From Amoebidium appalachense (taxonomy: Eukaryota > Protista > Ichthyosporea), in assembly GCA_963693365.1 (NCBI GenBank), contig CAVNZM010000004.1, forward strand, positions 2,502,389 through 2,566,388: 64,000 nucleotides of DNA. Reading direction: 5' to 3'. Below the pieces are notes generated by a model that was not told where the DNA came from, did no database searches, and saw only the letters and a program-made list of their open reading frames with translations. How positions within the stretch are numbered: the stretch's first letter is position 1; each line of letters starts with the position of its first letter. Both the position numbers and the translations under genes were made by a program. Below, in pieces: positions 1-26,941 of this stretch.

Positions 1-784
1 CCCTCGGGTACTGTGGATGACATGCCCCCCCCCCCCCCCCCCCCCCCCCCCTTTGGAGATGGGCTCTGCCTATTATGCATACTCTTTATGCATGGTTTGC
101 ACTCTGCATCGTGTTATCCGTTGTTCATGAGTAATTCGTACTTTATGAAGCATTCAATACCCCCCCCCCCCCCCCCTCCCCGCGGCAAACGCCCCAAACA
201 CAGACACACACACCATGTACACAATCCCTCCCCCCACCCACACACCCTGCAGGGGTCATATTGACCCTCAAACCCACTCACATTTCCTTGATTGAAATCC
301 AGCTCCTCGTTGGTACAAACATTCAACTGCTCTGTCTGTCCACATAGGCTCGTGTATTTGATGATGAGGAGCATGCATGTTCTTCAGACATTTACTCTAT
401 CCACTATATGCTCACGTTTATGTAAACGCTATGAAGACAGGAGAGTGTATGCTTTGGAAACGGTTACATAATCAATGATCTGTGGGTGTGCAGGTAGGGG
501 AAGATGCATATGTGCTTGCAGTAGGGGCCATCAACAAAAAAAATCGACTCGTATGCAAACCTCGGGCCTAATCCTGCCAGCGCAACTAAACCTAAGAAAG
601 GTTTGTTCCCTATCCTCCTCTATCTATGTCTCTGCAGAGCTGATATTAGCAAGTCTGTAAAAGTTTGTGGATCAGTGAATCTTCCTTGATTACGTGCACA
701 TGGTTTTTCTCCTGTGATGTCTGCTTATTGAAATAAAGGGGATTGGGGTGGAGTGGGGTTTAGGGGGGAGGGGAGGGGGGGGGG

Positions 785-828
<44 letters not shown>

Positions 829-1029
829 GAGGGGGGGGGGGGGGGATGCTGTGAATGTGTTGGCTAGTTTACCGACCACTTTCCCTCTGGAAAACTGACG
901 TTTACAATGGGCATATGGCTTGTTTTGAGTACAAATGGCACGAGACAAGACCAAATTTGCAAGGCTTCGACACAACGTTCTGTAGACTGAGTGAAGTTAT
1001 TTTCTCACGGGGGTTTTTTTGTTTCTTAG

Positions 1030-1086
1030 ATGCAGGCAGTGAGCCAGCAGCAAAACGTGTTAAGGTGGACTTGGAGCCTGAAAGGT

Positions 1087-1121
<35 letters not shown>

Positions 1122-1239
1122 TTAACCACCCTCACCCCCACCACCCCCACCACCCCCACCACCCCCACCGATCGGCTGCTATAGTGCTCACACCGGTTGG
1201 ATACCGGTGATCCTTTACCCTGTTTGGTTTTCTTCTCTC

Positions 1240-1287
<48 letters not shown>

Positions 1288-2672
1288 TGTGTGTGTGTAT
1301 GAGAAAGGGTTGAGAGGGGAGGAGAGGGCGGGATGTAGGAGCAGACTTTACGGGCATATAAATTTTGTGGGAGCACTCAGGGCAGATGCATAGACACTAT
1401 GAATGAACCCAAGAAAGGCCCGTTGTGTACGTGGTCATAGTGTAAGCAGAATGGTGAGCACGGGTAGGGGTGTGTCTGTGTGTGTGTTGAGGGGGGGGGG
1501 GGGGGGGGTTTGTCGTGTAAAAGAAACAGTGTAAATTAGCTGGGTATGCCCACCCACCCACCCACCCACCCATACGTACACTCGCGAGTGAACAGACTCA
1601 CACGAGTTCGAACACACAAACACATGCATATGTCAAACACACACACGATGTGTGAGTCCAAGGGAAACAGTGTAAAAAGTTAGATGTGATACACATGCAC
1701 CCACCCACCCACCCATCCACACATAGGCCTGCAAGTGAACAGACTCGCAAACGCTTGCACACACACACACATGCATATTGTCGAACACACACACGATATG
1801 GGAGTCCCGCAAGCAATGCCAACCCTAAAATACTTGTGTGCTGCAATATAAAAAACAACAATAAAATAGGAACTTACCATGCGCTAGGTAGATATGCAGG
1901 AGTGAAGATTCTCACAGGTGTTTATTTTCTATGTTACAGCCCCATCATGCAGATGATCAGACAGCTACAGCAGGGAGAGAAGGCAATGCTTATCAACATG
2001 AAGGTGTGTTGTCTGTGTGTATGTGCATGGGTATTGTGCACGTACATAAGCTTACCGTACATGCCGTGTGTTTGTATATTGTGATTGTGAGGTGACGTGG
2101 TGATGTGATGTGTGCACGTGTACTGCGCTTTGTGTACCACCAACATGATGCACTTGTGTTAGGGCGCGTTTGGTAGTCATTTTCGTGTGGATATTTGCTT
2201 TGCCGACGAGAAAATAAAGAAATGTCTGCCACATCAAAAAGTTACCACATGCATATCCCCATTTTTGAACAGCTTGACAAGACTATAGAGGGCACTGGGT
2301 TTACATGTTTGGCTGTTGTGAGATCAGAAGAGATCATCTAGACGGCCTATTTGGGTTCTTGAAGGTTGCTAAAAAGAAGGGGAACAGGGGCAAGTGTGTA
2401 TGTGTGTGTGTGTGTGTGTGCTGCAGTTACGGCTGGGGGCCGACGGGGGTACACTTATTGTGTCCACCTGACACCAATAATCATTCCTTTATTTCCCCCT
2501 TTTCCCCGTCCAGAAACTTGCATTGCAAAGACTACTTCTAACGGCCAACAACGGAGAAGAAGAAGACGGTAACGGAGAGGAGGATGAGGAAGACGAAAAC
2601 GACGAAGAGGGTGAGGAGGAGGAGGAGGAGGAGGAGGAAGAAGAAGGGGAGGATGGAGAGGAGGATGAGTAG
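1030..2672 (+). CDS. 3' exons of an intron-containing gene with an acidic C-terminal tail; weak resemblance to the C-terminus of SET-domain/Rubisco-LSMT-type methyltransferases (partial, upstream exons unresolved)
   Basis: Three phase-compatible GT-AG exons, 1030-1084, 1940-2003 and 2514-2672, read (D)AGSEPAAKRVKVDLEPESPIMQMIRQLQQGEKAMLINMK/KLALQRLLLTANNGEEEDGNGEEDEEDENDEEGEEEE...DE*. The family guess rests only on the MIRQLQQGEKAML motif. Confidence 0.5.
1523..1807. repeat. Diverged ~140-bp tandem duplication in an intron
   Basis: aaacagtgtaaa...cccacccaccc...agtgaacagactc...cacatgcatat...acacacacacgat...gagtcc occurs at ~1523-1658 and again at ~1664-1807. Confidence 0.7.
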
Positions 2673-3393
2673 CATTGGTGGTTTAGATGATCCTGTGCCT
2701 GATATTTTCGTGTTTTTTGGAATGAATGGTTATTTTGCTCCCCCTTCCCCAACTGTTTTCGTTCCCTCGTTCCCCTCCCTCTCATGTCCTATAGGGTGAC
2801 ATCCGTGTGGGTGGGCGGGGCAGTTTTTTTTTTTTTTTTTTTTTTGGTTTGCCTAAGAAGGTGGGGGGGGGATAAGATTGTGGCACAGAACGAAGTACAA
2901 ATCTACAACGGATAGCATACCGAGAACGCAACACAAGCCAAGCCCATTCGGCCAGGGGGGAGAGGGGGGGGGGGGGGGGGGAGGGGGAGGGGAGGGGGCA
3001 GGGAAGCAAAAACTTTACTAATTAGTTGGACTGTGTGATATAGCGACCGTTTTTGGAATCATTATTAGCGGGCGCTGAAAAACACCCTGCTGTTAGAGTT
3101 CAAATGTGATCCAACTCATTACGGCTATACCGGAAATTGCGTCACATGACCCCATTCTGCATAAAGAGAGGGTAGACATTCGATGGAATTCGTCCTAATA
3201 AAAGAAGAAGAGATTCGGCCCGGACGCGGGTCGTCTCGGAGGCAATAACTATTTCCTAATAACATACTAAACATGTGCATATTCGCGCGTCTTGATCAAA
3301 AATCTACATATATGTGTGTATGTGTGCGTCTCTAAAAATAAATGCAGCCCTCGGCACTGCCCTGTATTCAGGTGCCGCAGGTAGGGAAGGGAG

Positions 3394-3584
3394 TTATTTG
3401 ACGGGCAGGCGGTGCAGCAGTTGCATCAGCAGAGACTTGTGGTCGGGTGATGAGATGAGGTTCTCCTGCAAAGGACACACAAGTGCTTAGTATACGTGCA
3501 CGTGCAACTACCAAATGTAATGTTTACATGTTTTACTATTTCATGCCCCCCCTCCTCCCCCCTTTTACAGCTTTTTTTTTTTTT

Positions 3585-3631
<47 letters not shown>

Positions 3632-3832
3632 CTGGCTGGATGCACCACTCCACCCCACACAAACAACAGCAACAACTGCAAACCTTGCATCATCCAGCTC
3701 GCTGACAACGTCGGTCTATATGTGTGAGAGACATTTTACCCAAATACCAGATAGATGCCTTAGAAATCGAATCATCCAAGAGGAGGATGAGAAGAAGGAG
3801 ACCAGACCGAGGGGCCCACACGAGGAAGGCCG

Positions 3833-3871
<39 letters not shown>

Positions 3872-4151
3872 CTTGATGTGCTTATGTGTGCGTGTGTCAT
3901 GAGGTGGGGAGGGGTATTTCATGGTGTGTAGAATTTTTTTACTACCTGGAAATCGTCCGTGACCAGCACGCTGCAGAAGTGCTTTGTGATGTAGCGCATG
4001 CATGCCTCCCTCAGGCGGGTGCAGTGGTGCGTGTCAGCCAGCACCAGCAGGGACACAACATTCTTGGGCCCAAGAACCCCTGCACGTGCTAGCTCCAGCT
4101 CACAGTGGCTCTGCATAAGAAGTGTTTTATTACATACCCACACACACACGT

Positions 4152-4214
<63 letters not shown>

Positions 4215-4548
4215 CTCTCTCCTCTCTATATATCTCTCCCCGCTCCCCCATATCTCAATTCCACACACACAACCCATCCCCCGTGACCTCCTTCCGTTGT
4301 TACAACCAAAACACGTATGACAATGGTTGCGCTTAAGCAAGACACGCTACCTTAGCACTATTGTTAGCTTGGGTCAAGTACACAATGTATCTGAATGCCT
4401 CTTTGCATCTGTGCCAGGGGCCCGTAGAGCAGGAATGGCTGGGTGGCTGGGTGGGTGGGAGGGTGTGGGTGTGTGGTGTTTTTTTTTTTTTTTTTTTTTT
4501 GGTGGTGGTGGTGGTGGTGGTGGTGGTGGTGGTGGTGGTGGTGGTGGT

Positions 4549-4601
<53 letters not shown>

Positions 4602-4700
4602 AAATCCCCGTTGCAGCCCATTCGCTCGCACGTGAAATTCAACTCAGACACCGCTTCATATGTGTGCGGTGATGGTGATGGTGTTTGTGATGGTGTCGGT

Positions 4701-4760
<60 letters not shown>

Positions 4761-5176
4761 GGGGGGTAGGTTATGTATAAGGGGTACCTTGATGTCAGGC
4801 AACATGAGCTGGTCGGCAGCCAGCAGCACATCGACCAGCTGGGACTCAGAAAGTCGAGGGGTTAGGTCCCCGTGGTACAGGTGGTGCACGATGGCCTGAA
4901 ACGTGCCTGCAAACAGCATCAGTGCATGACCGTGCATGTGCAAACCACATACATGCTTACGGTCGAAACATAAAAATGCTTGCTGAGGTTGTCGAGCAGT
5001 TACAGTTAGCTAATATGCTTGGTTCCAGAAAGAAAAAGGAGCAGCAAGGGAATATAGAGCCTTCCCCCCCCCCCCCCCCCCCCTCCCCCCCTCCCCCCCT
5101 CCCCCCCCCCCTCCCCCCTCCCCCCCTCCCCCCCCCCCCCTCCCCCCCCCCTCCCCCCCCCCCCCCCCCCCCCCCC

Positions 5177-5226
<50 letters not shown>

Positions 5227-6878
5227 TCTTCCACCCTCTTCCCGGCGAAATAGCACACATCCGTGAATGATACCAATGAAGACAAGCAGTGAAGGAGGGG
5301 AGAGGGAAAGAGGTGAGTACTGCAGAAGGAAAGGGGGGCGGGTAGGTGAACTTCAACTGAGCACAAGAGAGAAAAGGGGTGTCTGTGCACCCACCCGGGG
5401 TGATATGAGGTAGGTTGACTCTGTTTGAAGCTGCCTCAGCCAATCCATGCCTCTGCATGGCCGTGAACATACGGCTAGCCCCCGTCAGCACGGCCCAATG
5501 CATCTCAAACACCTGCACTCTGCCACTACCCTCCCCAACAACAACCGTGCAGTCGTAGGGTGTGATGCTATGTCCGCTCTGTGTGGGGCTGGTTGGTGCG
5601 CGCGGTTGCCCTTCCGTGTCTGTGTGGTGTCGTGTGTTCTATTGTTAGTTAATGTGGTTCTGTCGCATGGTGTCATGCAAAGGCCAAAGACACACCATCA
5701 CGAAAGTGCAAAGCAAGCATAGCGCATAAATCTTAATAAACGTGTTGCCATACAGCAGGTGTGTGTAGGGCATGGGGTATCAGGACCAAAACATGTACAA
5801 AAAATGTCCAAAAATCAGCGACATGTAACACTGCGACAAGAAACCATCACATCTACGCACACACAGCAGAAATCATCCTTTATCATGCGCAAGGCCCATC
5901 CAAGAGGGACAAAAACTCCACAAATATGGCTGTTTCAAAGGTGCCGAGAGCAACTTGTGTGTTCGGGCGGAATTCAGGCATATGGAAAGGAGGCGGGGGG
6001 AGGGGGGGGGGGGGGGGGGGGGGGCGGGTTGGAGAGTCACACCACCCACCACGCCATCCCCCCCCCTCCCCCCCCCCCCCCCCCCCCGGACATGATACTC
6101 CACCTACCAGCAGCAAGAGTCCACAAGACCTCTCCCCCATCCTCCAGCACCCACGCTTGACCCTTATGATGAATCACCGCACAGATGTTGTGTGGTGGCG
6201 ACAACGTGCTTTCTGGACTGTCGAGGGAGCGACAGTGCATGCTTTTTGCGTCCAGAAGCACGGGGTCGTTTTTGCGTTGGTTCGCTTTGCATGTTGTGCC
6301 TCCGTAGATTAGAAGTGTTTCTGGTTGGATGGGGAATGGGAAATGGTAATAGAAGGCAAGTAGATGGATTTTTGGAGGCAGTTTGGTTTGCCACAGAGGG
6401 AAGAAAATGTGGTTATAAGGGCTCGGGATGAGTTGTCTGTGCAGTGCGTTTTGCAAGAGAAATGTGTGTGCACGCCTCTGTGCCAGTTAGAATATGGTTT
6501 TCTGACGAAATGTGCTGGTTTATTGTGTATGTGGATGCATGGTGTGTGTGTGCGTGTGCCTGTGTGTGTGTGTGTGCGTGCACACGTGCATGTGTGCGCG
6601 AGAGCGTTAGCGGGTGATCGTGCAAGCACGTGGATATTTGCTGTGTATGCCTGTTGGGGAGAGTGAGTGCGTGAGTGGCTTCGCGAGTGATAAGGTTGTC
6701 ATTGAGATAATCTTCGTGTTTTCCTGCTTGTTTGTGTGTGTATGTGTGCCCGGAACTTGTGATCACGGTAGGCAGGGCAAGGAGGTGGGGGAAAGGGGGA
6801 GGAAGGGGGGGGGGGGGATTTGGATTATGTTACAGAGCACAAAACAAACATGAATGACGACAAGCAAATTTTTGCATA

Positions 6879-6912
<34 letters not shown>

Positions 6913-6979
6913 GGACGAAAAGGCACACACACAGAGTAGGCATAATAAGTAGAGGTCCACACACGAGGGGAAGAGATGT

Positions 6980-7036
<57 letters not shown>

Positions 7037-7581
7037 GGGGACGGGGGGGGGGGGGGGGGGGGGGAGGGGGGGGGGAGGATAAGGGGCAGCACACAAACAC
7101 ACCTTGAGCATGGCCATCGGTGCATTGCCACTGGAGGGCCACTGTGTGGTGGAAGGCACGGGGGGTGAAGGCAGATGCCTGCAGCGCTGTGGGATACTGC
7201 ACACACCTGCATGGTGAGTGTGTGAGTATGTGAGTGTGAGTGTGTGTGTGTGTGTGTGTGTGCGTGCGCGCGCGCGTGTGTGTGTGTGCGTGCGTGCGTG
7301 CATGTGTGTCTGTGTGAGGGGAAGGGGCGTGTGTGTGCGTGCGTGTGTGTGTGTGTGTGCGTGCATGTGTGTCTGTGTGAGGGGAAGGGGGAGCGTGTGT
7401 GTGTGTGTGTGGGTGTGGGTGTGTGTGGATGTGTGTGTTGGGGGGGAGGGGAAGGGAGGGTGGAGGGGAGAAGGGGACATAGGAGCAGTTCAAATCAGAT
7501 TCCACGGATGTGCTTACAAACTTAATTACAAGACTTGATTTGACTTTTGCGAACCGCAAGGGATGTGCTCTACTTGAATAT

Positions 7582-7615
<34 letters not shown>

Positions 7616-7786
7616 TTCATCCATCTCCTGTTCCCAGATGCAGCCCTCCATCCACCCATCACCCATCACCCCCCCCCCCCCCCCCCCCCCACCTCCCGTT
7701 ACCACACACGCTGTCCATACATGTACTCTAAACCGGCAACAGCAATCCCTCCCTCTCCTTGAAACAAACACACACACCCGCATCCA

Positions 7787-7817
<31 letters not shown>

Positions 7818-8594
7818 CACACACACACATACACTACCACTATAACCACCCCATACACACCCACCCACGGAATCCATCATACACAGCCCACAAACACACA
7901 CACACACACACACACCTTCGTGTCACCAAATCCACCAGAAAGATACTGTTTGTGGGTGTACCCGTGGCATCCCTACCACCCAGAAACAAAAGACAGTCAT
8001 GATCACCGACTCTGATGTGTGTGCACGTGTGTCCACTCCGTGCCGGGGGTGGCTTGGGCTCCACTGAAAGAAGCTCCCATTGAAGCGTGTCTGTACAGAG
8101 GCATAGAGCACAGAGGCACATGTCTATGAGTGTTCAAGTGTGTGTGGGGGATCCCTTCGTTTAATGCAATGTTGTTGCGTGAAAAATATAATTATTCAAG
8201 GCAAGGCTGCGTATTGTGTGTGTATGTGTATGTGTATGTGCCTGTTTTTGTTTTTGTTTTTTGTTTTTTTTTGTTTTTTTTGAGGGGGGGGGGGGGAGGG
8301 GGGCACAAGCTTTTGTTATGGAACGAGTGCGTTGGTTTATGAGGCAATGCTAGGGCTACATATATATTCAAACCACCAGGCTGAGCCACCAGCACCAGCA
8401 AGAGAATTCCTCTGTGTTCTTGTGTTTCTAATCATGCAGCCATATGCTCATACCTCTCTTACAGCCTCACAATATGCTTCACTTATTTATTCGAACTGCA
8501 TTTCACGGGTGTGCGGTTCTTGATACGGCTCTGCCATGTCAAGGATACTCGGGAGCACAACCCATACAAGTAATGCATACACGTCAAGAGAGCG

Positions 8595-8630
<36 letters not shown>

Positions 8631-8638
8631 ACCGTCCT

Positions 8639-8672
<34 letters not shown>

Positions 8673-9813
8673 ACGCACACACACACACACTGACCAAGCA
8701 CACCACACCACACAACTTGCGGAATTTGCCCCACTTTGTTCTGCTGGCATCGGGCAGGAAAGAAACCTCCTACACATACCTGTATCAAGCACGTGTATTC
8801 CAGAAAACGTCTTGTCTGCCCAGGTACCTCCGGCAACGTAAAGCTTTCTTTCCACGACAGTACATGTGTGATGGATTCGAGGGGACGGCCCAGGACCCGT
8901 GGATTCTACCGATGTCGTTTCCAGTGTTCCTGCAGCACACATCTCAGCAAAGGCAGACATTAACTACTCAAAACATGCACCTGGACAAACAAAAAGAAGA
9001 AAGCATCTCTCCCCATTTTTTAAGGCAAGTTCCAAACTTCCCTCCAGAGCTGGGTTGTAGTTTAGAACACTTACTTGGGTTGATCGTTACCAGAGCATGC
9101 TGTGGGGCGCAACCGAAAGCAGAAGCACCACCCAAAACCCACACCAGTCCTCGCGCACAGACAGCAGTGTGGGCAGCTCGTTTTCCCAGAATCCCACTAT
9201 CACCAAGGACTCCTTGGCTCCATTGCTTTGTTTCTGCAGTTGAAACTGTTAGTCTTGCGCTAACAGGCACCAGCTACCTGGCAGAAAAGGAAGACCCACC
9301 ACTATGAAACGTGAAGAAATCAGCTGTAGCGGTGGCTGCCACAGTGTCGTATCCCCCCACTAGATAGACTTTGGTGCCGTCATCCGACAAGCAGCTGGCT
9401 GCATCTCTCCGTTTGCTTGGCTGAACCCCTGGAAGAATAGCAAAAAGAAAGTAAGGTTGGAGAGAAGAACCAACTCCTGGGCCGGCATTTAACGTCCCAT
9501 GTAATTAACATCCAAAAACCAAAGCATGTTTTGAGCAAGACGTTCGTCAAGGAAAATAGGTTTATATATGCATTGCCTATACTCACGCACCTACTTTCAA
9601 GCAAACAGGCAGGGTTGGCAAAGCTGATCCCGGGGACATACATGCCGATTTGCCACCTTGTATTAGCTACTGAGATTGCGACCGATCTACCACTTAAGAA
9701 CGCGCAAAAATACAGCACATACCTCCATTAATGGGCAGTTTCCTCCAAGGCCCATAGGCCCGCTTCTGTCGCAGCACACGACAGTGGTCACATGTCACCT
9801 TGTGGGTTGGCAT
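3394..9813 (-). CDS. Kelch-repeat + BTB/POZ + BACK protein (LZTR1-like domain order, putative Cullin-3 adaptor), ~533 aa, 11 exons
   Basis: Exons 9813-9723, 9428-9300, 9233-9075, 8929-8780, 8090-7916, 7206-7103, 6320-6108, 5619-5395, 4906-4788, 4110-3946, 3465-3394. All are GT-AG and phase-consistent (1602 nt). Five Kelch-like repeats (KVYLVGGYD; [14 protein letters not shown]; [21 protein letters not shown]; [14 protein letters not shown]; [14 protein letters not shown]). BTB ([45 protein letters not shown]). BACK ([29 protein letters not shown]). Confidence 0.85.
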
Positions 9814-10510
9814 CTTGGCGTGCCGTGCGGGGAGCCGCCCTCTTTAGCTAGTCGGGATAGCTTTGTGAGGTATAGCTGCACTGTTTGGCTGAAAATTTTT
9901 GTCAGCTGGATAGTGCGCGCTGAGAGCTGCTAGCTAGTGGCCGCAAAGAAGTAAAAAATGAAGAGGACGGTTAATCATGAAAACATGCTTCTCGGTTCAA
10001 CTTCGTGAAGGCCCTCGGAGAACTTGGGCCGGTGACGACTTTCCTGTCCGGTGCGATATTACAACGGACACACCTTCTATCTAAGAAAAAGGCCGCGTGA
10101 TTTGTTCTTTTACGAAAAGTAAAAACAGATTAAAGCTTTCGAAATATATATATAAAACGCTTTTGATTGCATAATTCAATTTACAGCTTGTGAAGTATTG
10201 TCCGGTAGCATTCCATTAGAGATGGGCAAAACTTGCGGCAGCGAACCCTTGAGAATACACTAGCCGAATGTTCTGCCGTTACTATAGCTTTCTTATGTAG
10301 CACTAGAATCAATTTATGTAGGCTAAGAGTTATTAATTTTATCTTATTTTACTTAGTATTGCAATGTAAAACCGGAACGCATGATAAAGTACCCCAAAAT
10401 GTTACATCCCAATTTACTGCCCTCGAACCATGGTGATTTAGCGATAACGGCTCGACCAATCACACTTTGTCAACTTTTCGATAGCCTTTTTTGGACATTC
10501 GGGGCCGGAG

Positions 10511-10554
<44 letters not shown>

Positions 10555-10737
10555 TATGGCCATATGGGGGGGGGGGGGGGAGTCAGCTGGGCCACTGGGG
10601 GGCCTCAGGGAGAGAGGGAGAGAGGGAGAGAAAGTGAGGGGGGGGGGGGGGGGGAGGGAGGGAAGAGAGAGAGCTCTGAGAGAGAAGAGAGAGAAAGCTC
10701 TGAGAGAAAGAGAAAGAGAGAGAGAGTGAGAGAGCAA

Positions 10738-10772
<35 letters not shown>

Positions 10773-11849
10773 GGGGGGGGGGAGGGGGGGGGAGGGGGAG
10801 CTCCTAGGGGGAGGGAGAGGGAGAGGGAGAGGGAGCTAGAGGAAGAGAGAGAAAGCTCGCGAGAGCTTGCCCCACTGAGTGGAAGGGAGGGAGGGAGGGA
10901 GGGAGGGAAGGAGGAAGAGATGAGGGAAATAAAACCCCGATTTCCATGTGTCCTAACCCTGATTTTGTTCTTGCCTATGTTAGGCTTCAAACCAAGGCCT
11001 TGCTTCAAACTCGTCTGAATCCACCTGTGCACGTGAGTAGTAACACAGAGAATCTCTTATGATATTTAGTCAAGCTAGTTGTCCGTGCTTGCTAGTAAAA
11101 CCTTGCAAGTATTGGTGAAGATAGAAAAGACACAAAACGAAGGTAACGATGCATACAGGCAAAGTTGGTAGCTTGGCATGATGGTTGGCTGCCTTGTCGA
11201 GCTACACAATTCTGCTATCTACACAGTGTTTGTGAGAGGGGACAGAGGAATGCTCAAATGGAAATAAAAAGAGACACTAATAACGCAAACAGAAAGTGTG
11301 TGCATCAAAGGCGGAGCTAATCCTCAAAGTCACCCATATCAAACAGTACCTGAGAGGGTAGGGGGCTATTGCCTTCCTCGCTGCTGGTAATTATAGCGAA
11401 GTTCTAGGAGCAAAGTAAACAGGACAGTGATAGAGCAGGTCACCGACCGGCATACATTTAGCAGCAAAAAATTGACTTCGTATATGGGCAGCAAGGGCAG
11501 CAAGGATTGCGTAGTGCTCCAAGGTGCGCTGATTGTGGGCGACACTGCTCAAATGTTCTGGTTAAAACAGGTGTTTTGCTTTGCAACCACAGGTAGCGAA
11601 GCAGTAGGAGCCGATGGTAATTCTTATACAACCACGACACTTGCTGAAAGACCGACGAATTTATTATTAGGTTCATAGGAGACTTGGCACAGCCAGCTAC
11701 ACGCCAAACGTCGTATCCTGAGGAGTTCATCGCCACTGTCTTCAACAACTCTCCACTTCTGCAAGGCAAGAGGGGACACCCTGTTAGCAAGGGGAGGAGA
11801 AAAACAGTGAAAATACCACAAGACGGTTGGTTAGAGGAGCTCATAAAGC

Positions 11850-12290
11850 CACGTGTCTCCACGAGGCAAAAGACTTTTGTACATCAAGTATCAGTTGTCC
11901 CTATCTTTTTTAAAATCATAGCTCCTTGTTTCACGACCACAAAGAAGGACCCCGGCCCTGCCTTTAGAGAATTAGCCAGCCACGTGCACTTAACAACATG
12001 AACATGACACGTGTCTGAAGCACCTTCCCTTCGAACGCCTTTACACGCAAGATCATCTGTAGCACACGAGTCTATTCCCTTGCTCGCCCGCAAGCAACGA
12101 GAGGGAGAGGGCTCAGAGTTCAATGGTCATGACACTTACCATAAACCAGAAATATACAGCTTTCGTTGTGTAACAGCTAAAATATGATGGGAGAGGGAAA
12201 ACAACGGAGCTTTTGTAGTTCGTAGCCACGTGACCAAACGCAAAACTCGACATCCTTATTTGGAAAGCCGATTTCTGGCCATCCAATCAT
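11850..12290 (+). promoter_or_regulatory. Putative PRMT5 upstream region with four CACGTG E-boxes and a CCAAT box, in the divergent intergenic region
   Basis: CACGTG at 11850, 11981, 12008 and 12227; CCAAT at ~12283; PRMT5 ATG at 12477. Motif match only, and CACGTG is common in this genome. Confidence 0.25.
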
Positions 12291-12476
12291 AATAAGAATA
12301 TTGTAGATCGATTGAGCCACCTTTCCCTTTCATGCTTCTCGTGTTGTCGTCACACACAACCTCAAGTCAAGTATGAAATTTGCGACCCAAACGCATCTCG
12401 AGTCAACCGGATTTTTTGTTTCAACCACACACATCATACTCATTTTTCTCACTACTTTACCACACACACGTCAAAA

Positions 12477-26126
<13,650 letters not shown>

Positions 26127-26907
26127 GAAATACCAACGCGCAACTAGTACCTGACACTGGGGTATGGGATTGAGTTCTCACCTTCTCCCTTTCTCGTCCG
26201 TTCTTTCTTTGTCCCCCCTTCAGCATATATTAGAGCTGCATACAACACACTTTCCTGTTATCAGTCACGAACATACCACGACAAAGGCATACCATGCACC
26301 GTAGTATTGAAGTACAAAACAAAACTGATTTGTTTCGAATTTGCAGGGCATGGGCAACCCCTGTGTAAATAGGACGTACTTTAATGATCCACCCACAAAC
26401 TGTGCGCTAGCATAGCCGGGTTTGTGTGCATGTGAAATATACAAAACAAATCTTAACGGAAAATGACCTTCTACTAACTCACTTTCCACACATTGACAAA
26501 CATTCTGTAAATGTGGTGATTTCTTGGGGTTTCCATTCCTGGTAATACACTGCCGCTGTACCGCTGCAATGAGTTGCTCGTGATATTACACCAATGAACA
26601 ATTGCTGTAGTGGAGTATCATGCTTGATGTAAACGTAAATCATAGTATGCCTCAAGCCCTGGTGGCTGAAAGTGTGCACAGTGTGGATGATTGTGAGCCA
26701 ATAAAATGCAAGTATGGACACTGCCTATCGAATTGCAAAGCCTTCAATGCGTAGTTCAAGTCTCTGCCATATTATAGAGGTACTTTGTAAGAACTATAAT
26801 TATGCTTTGAGACCGTGACCTTGCGAGCGTAAGGCACGCATGATCATGCGTACAAACGTGTTGTTTCCGGTCGTGTATTTTGGCATGTGTACTTTGTCAC
26901 CTTCCGG

Positions 26908-26941
<34 letters not shown>

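Noticed and set aside
253-700. Possible further exons of the first gene (e.g. 441-493 ESVCFGNGYIINDLWVC)
   Set aside because: They could not be joined in a consistent phase to exon 1030 with convincing splice sites.
11427-12123. Overlapping 80-130 aa ORFs, including an HRRLG word reminiscent of copia
   Set aside because: No further retroelement or protein motifs, and stops occur in every frame.
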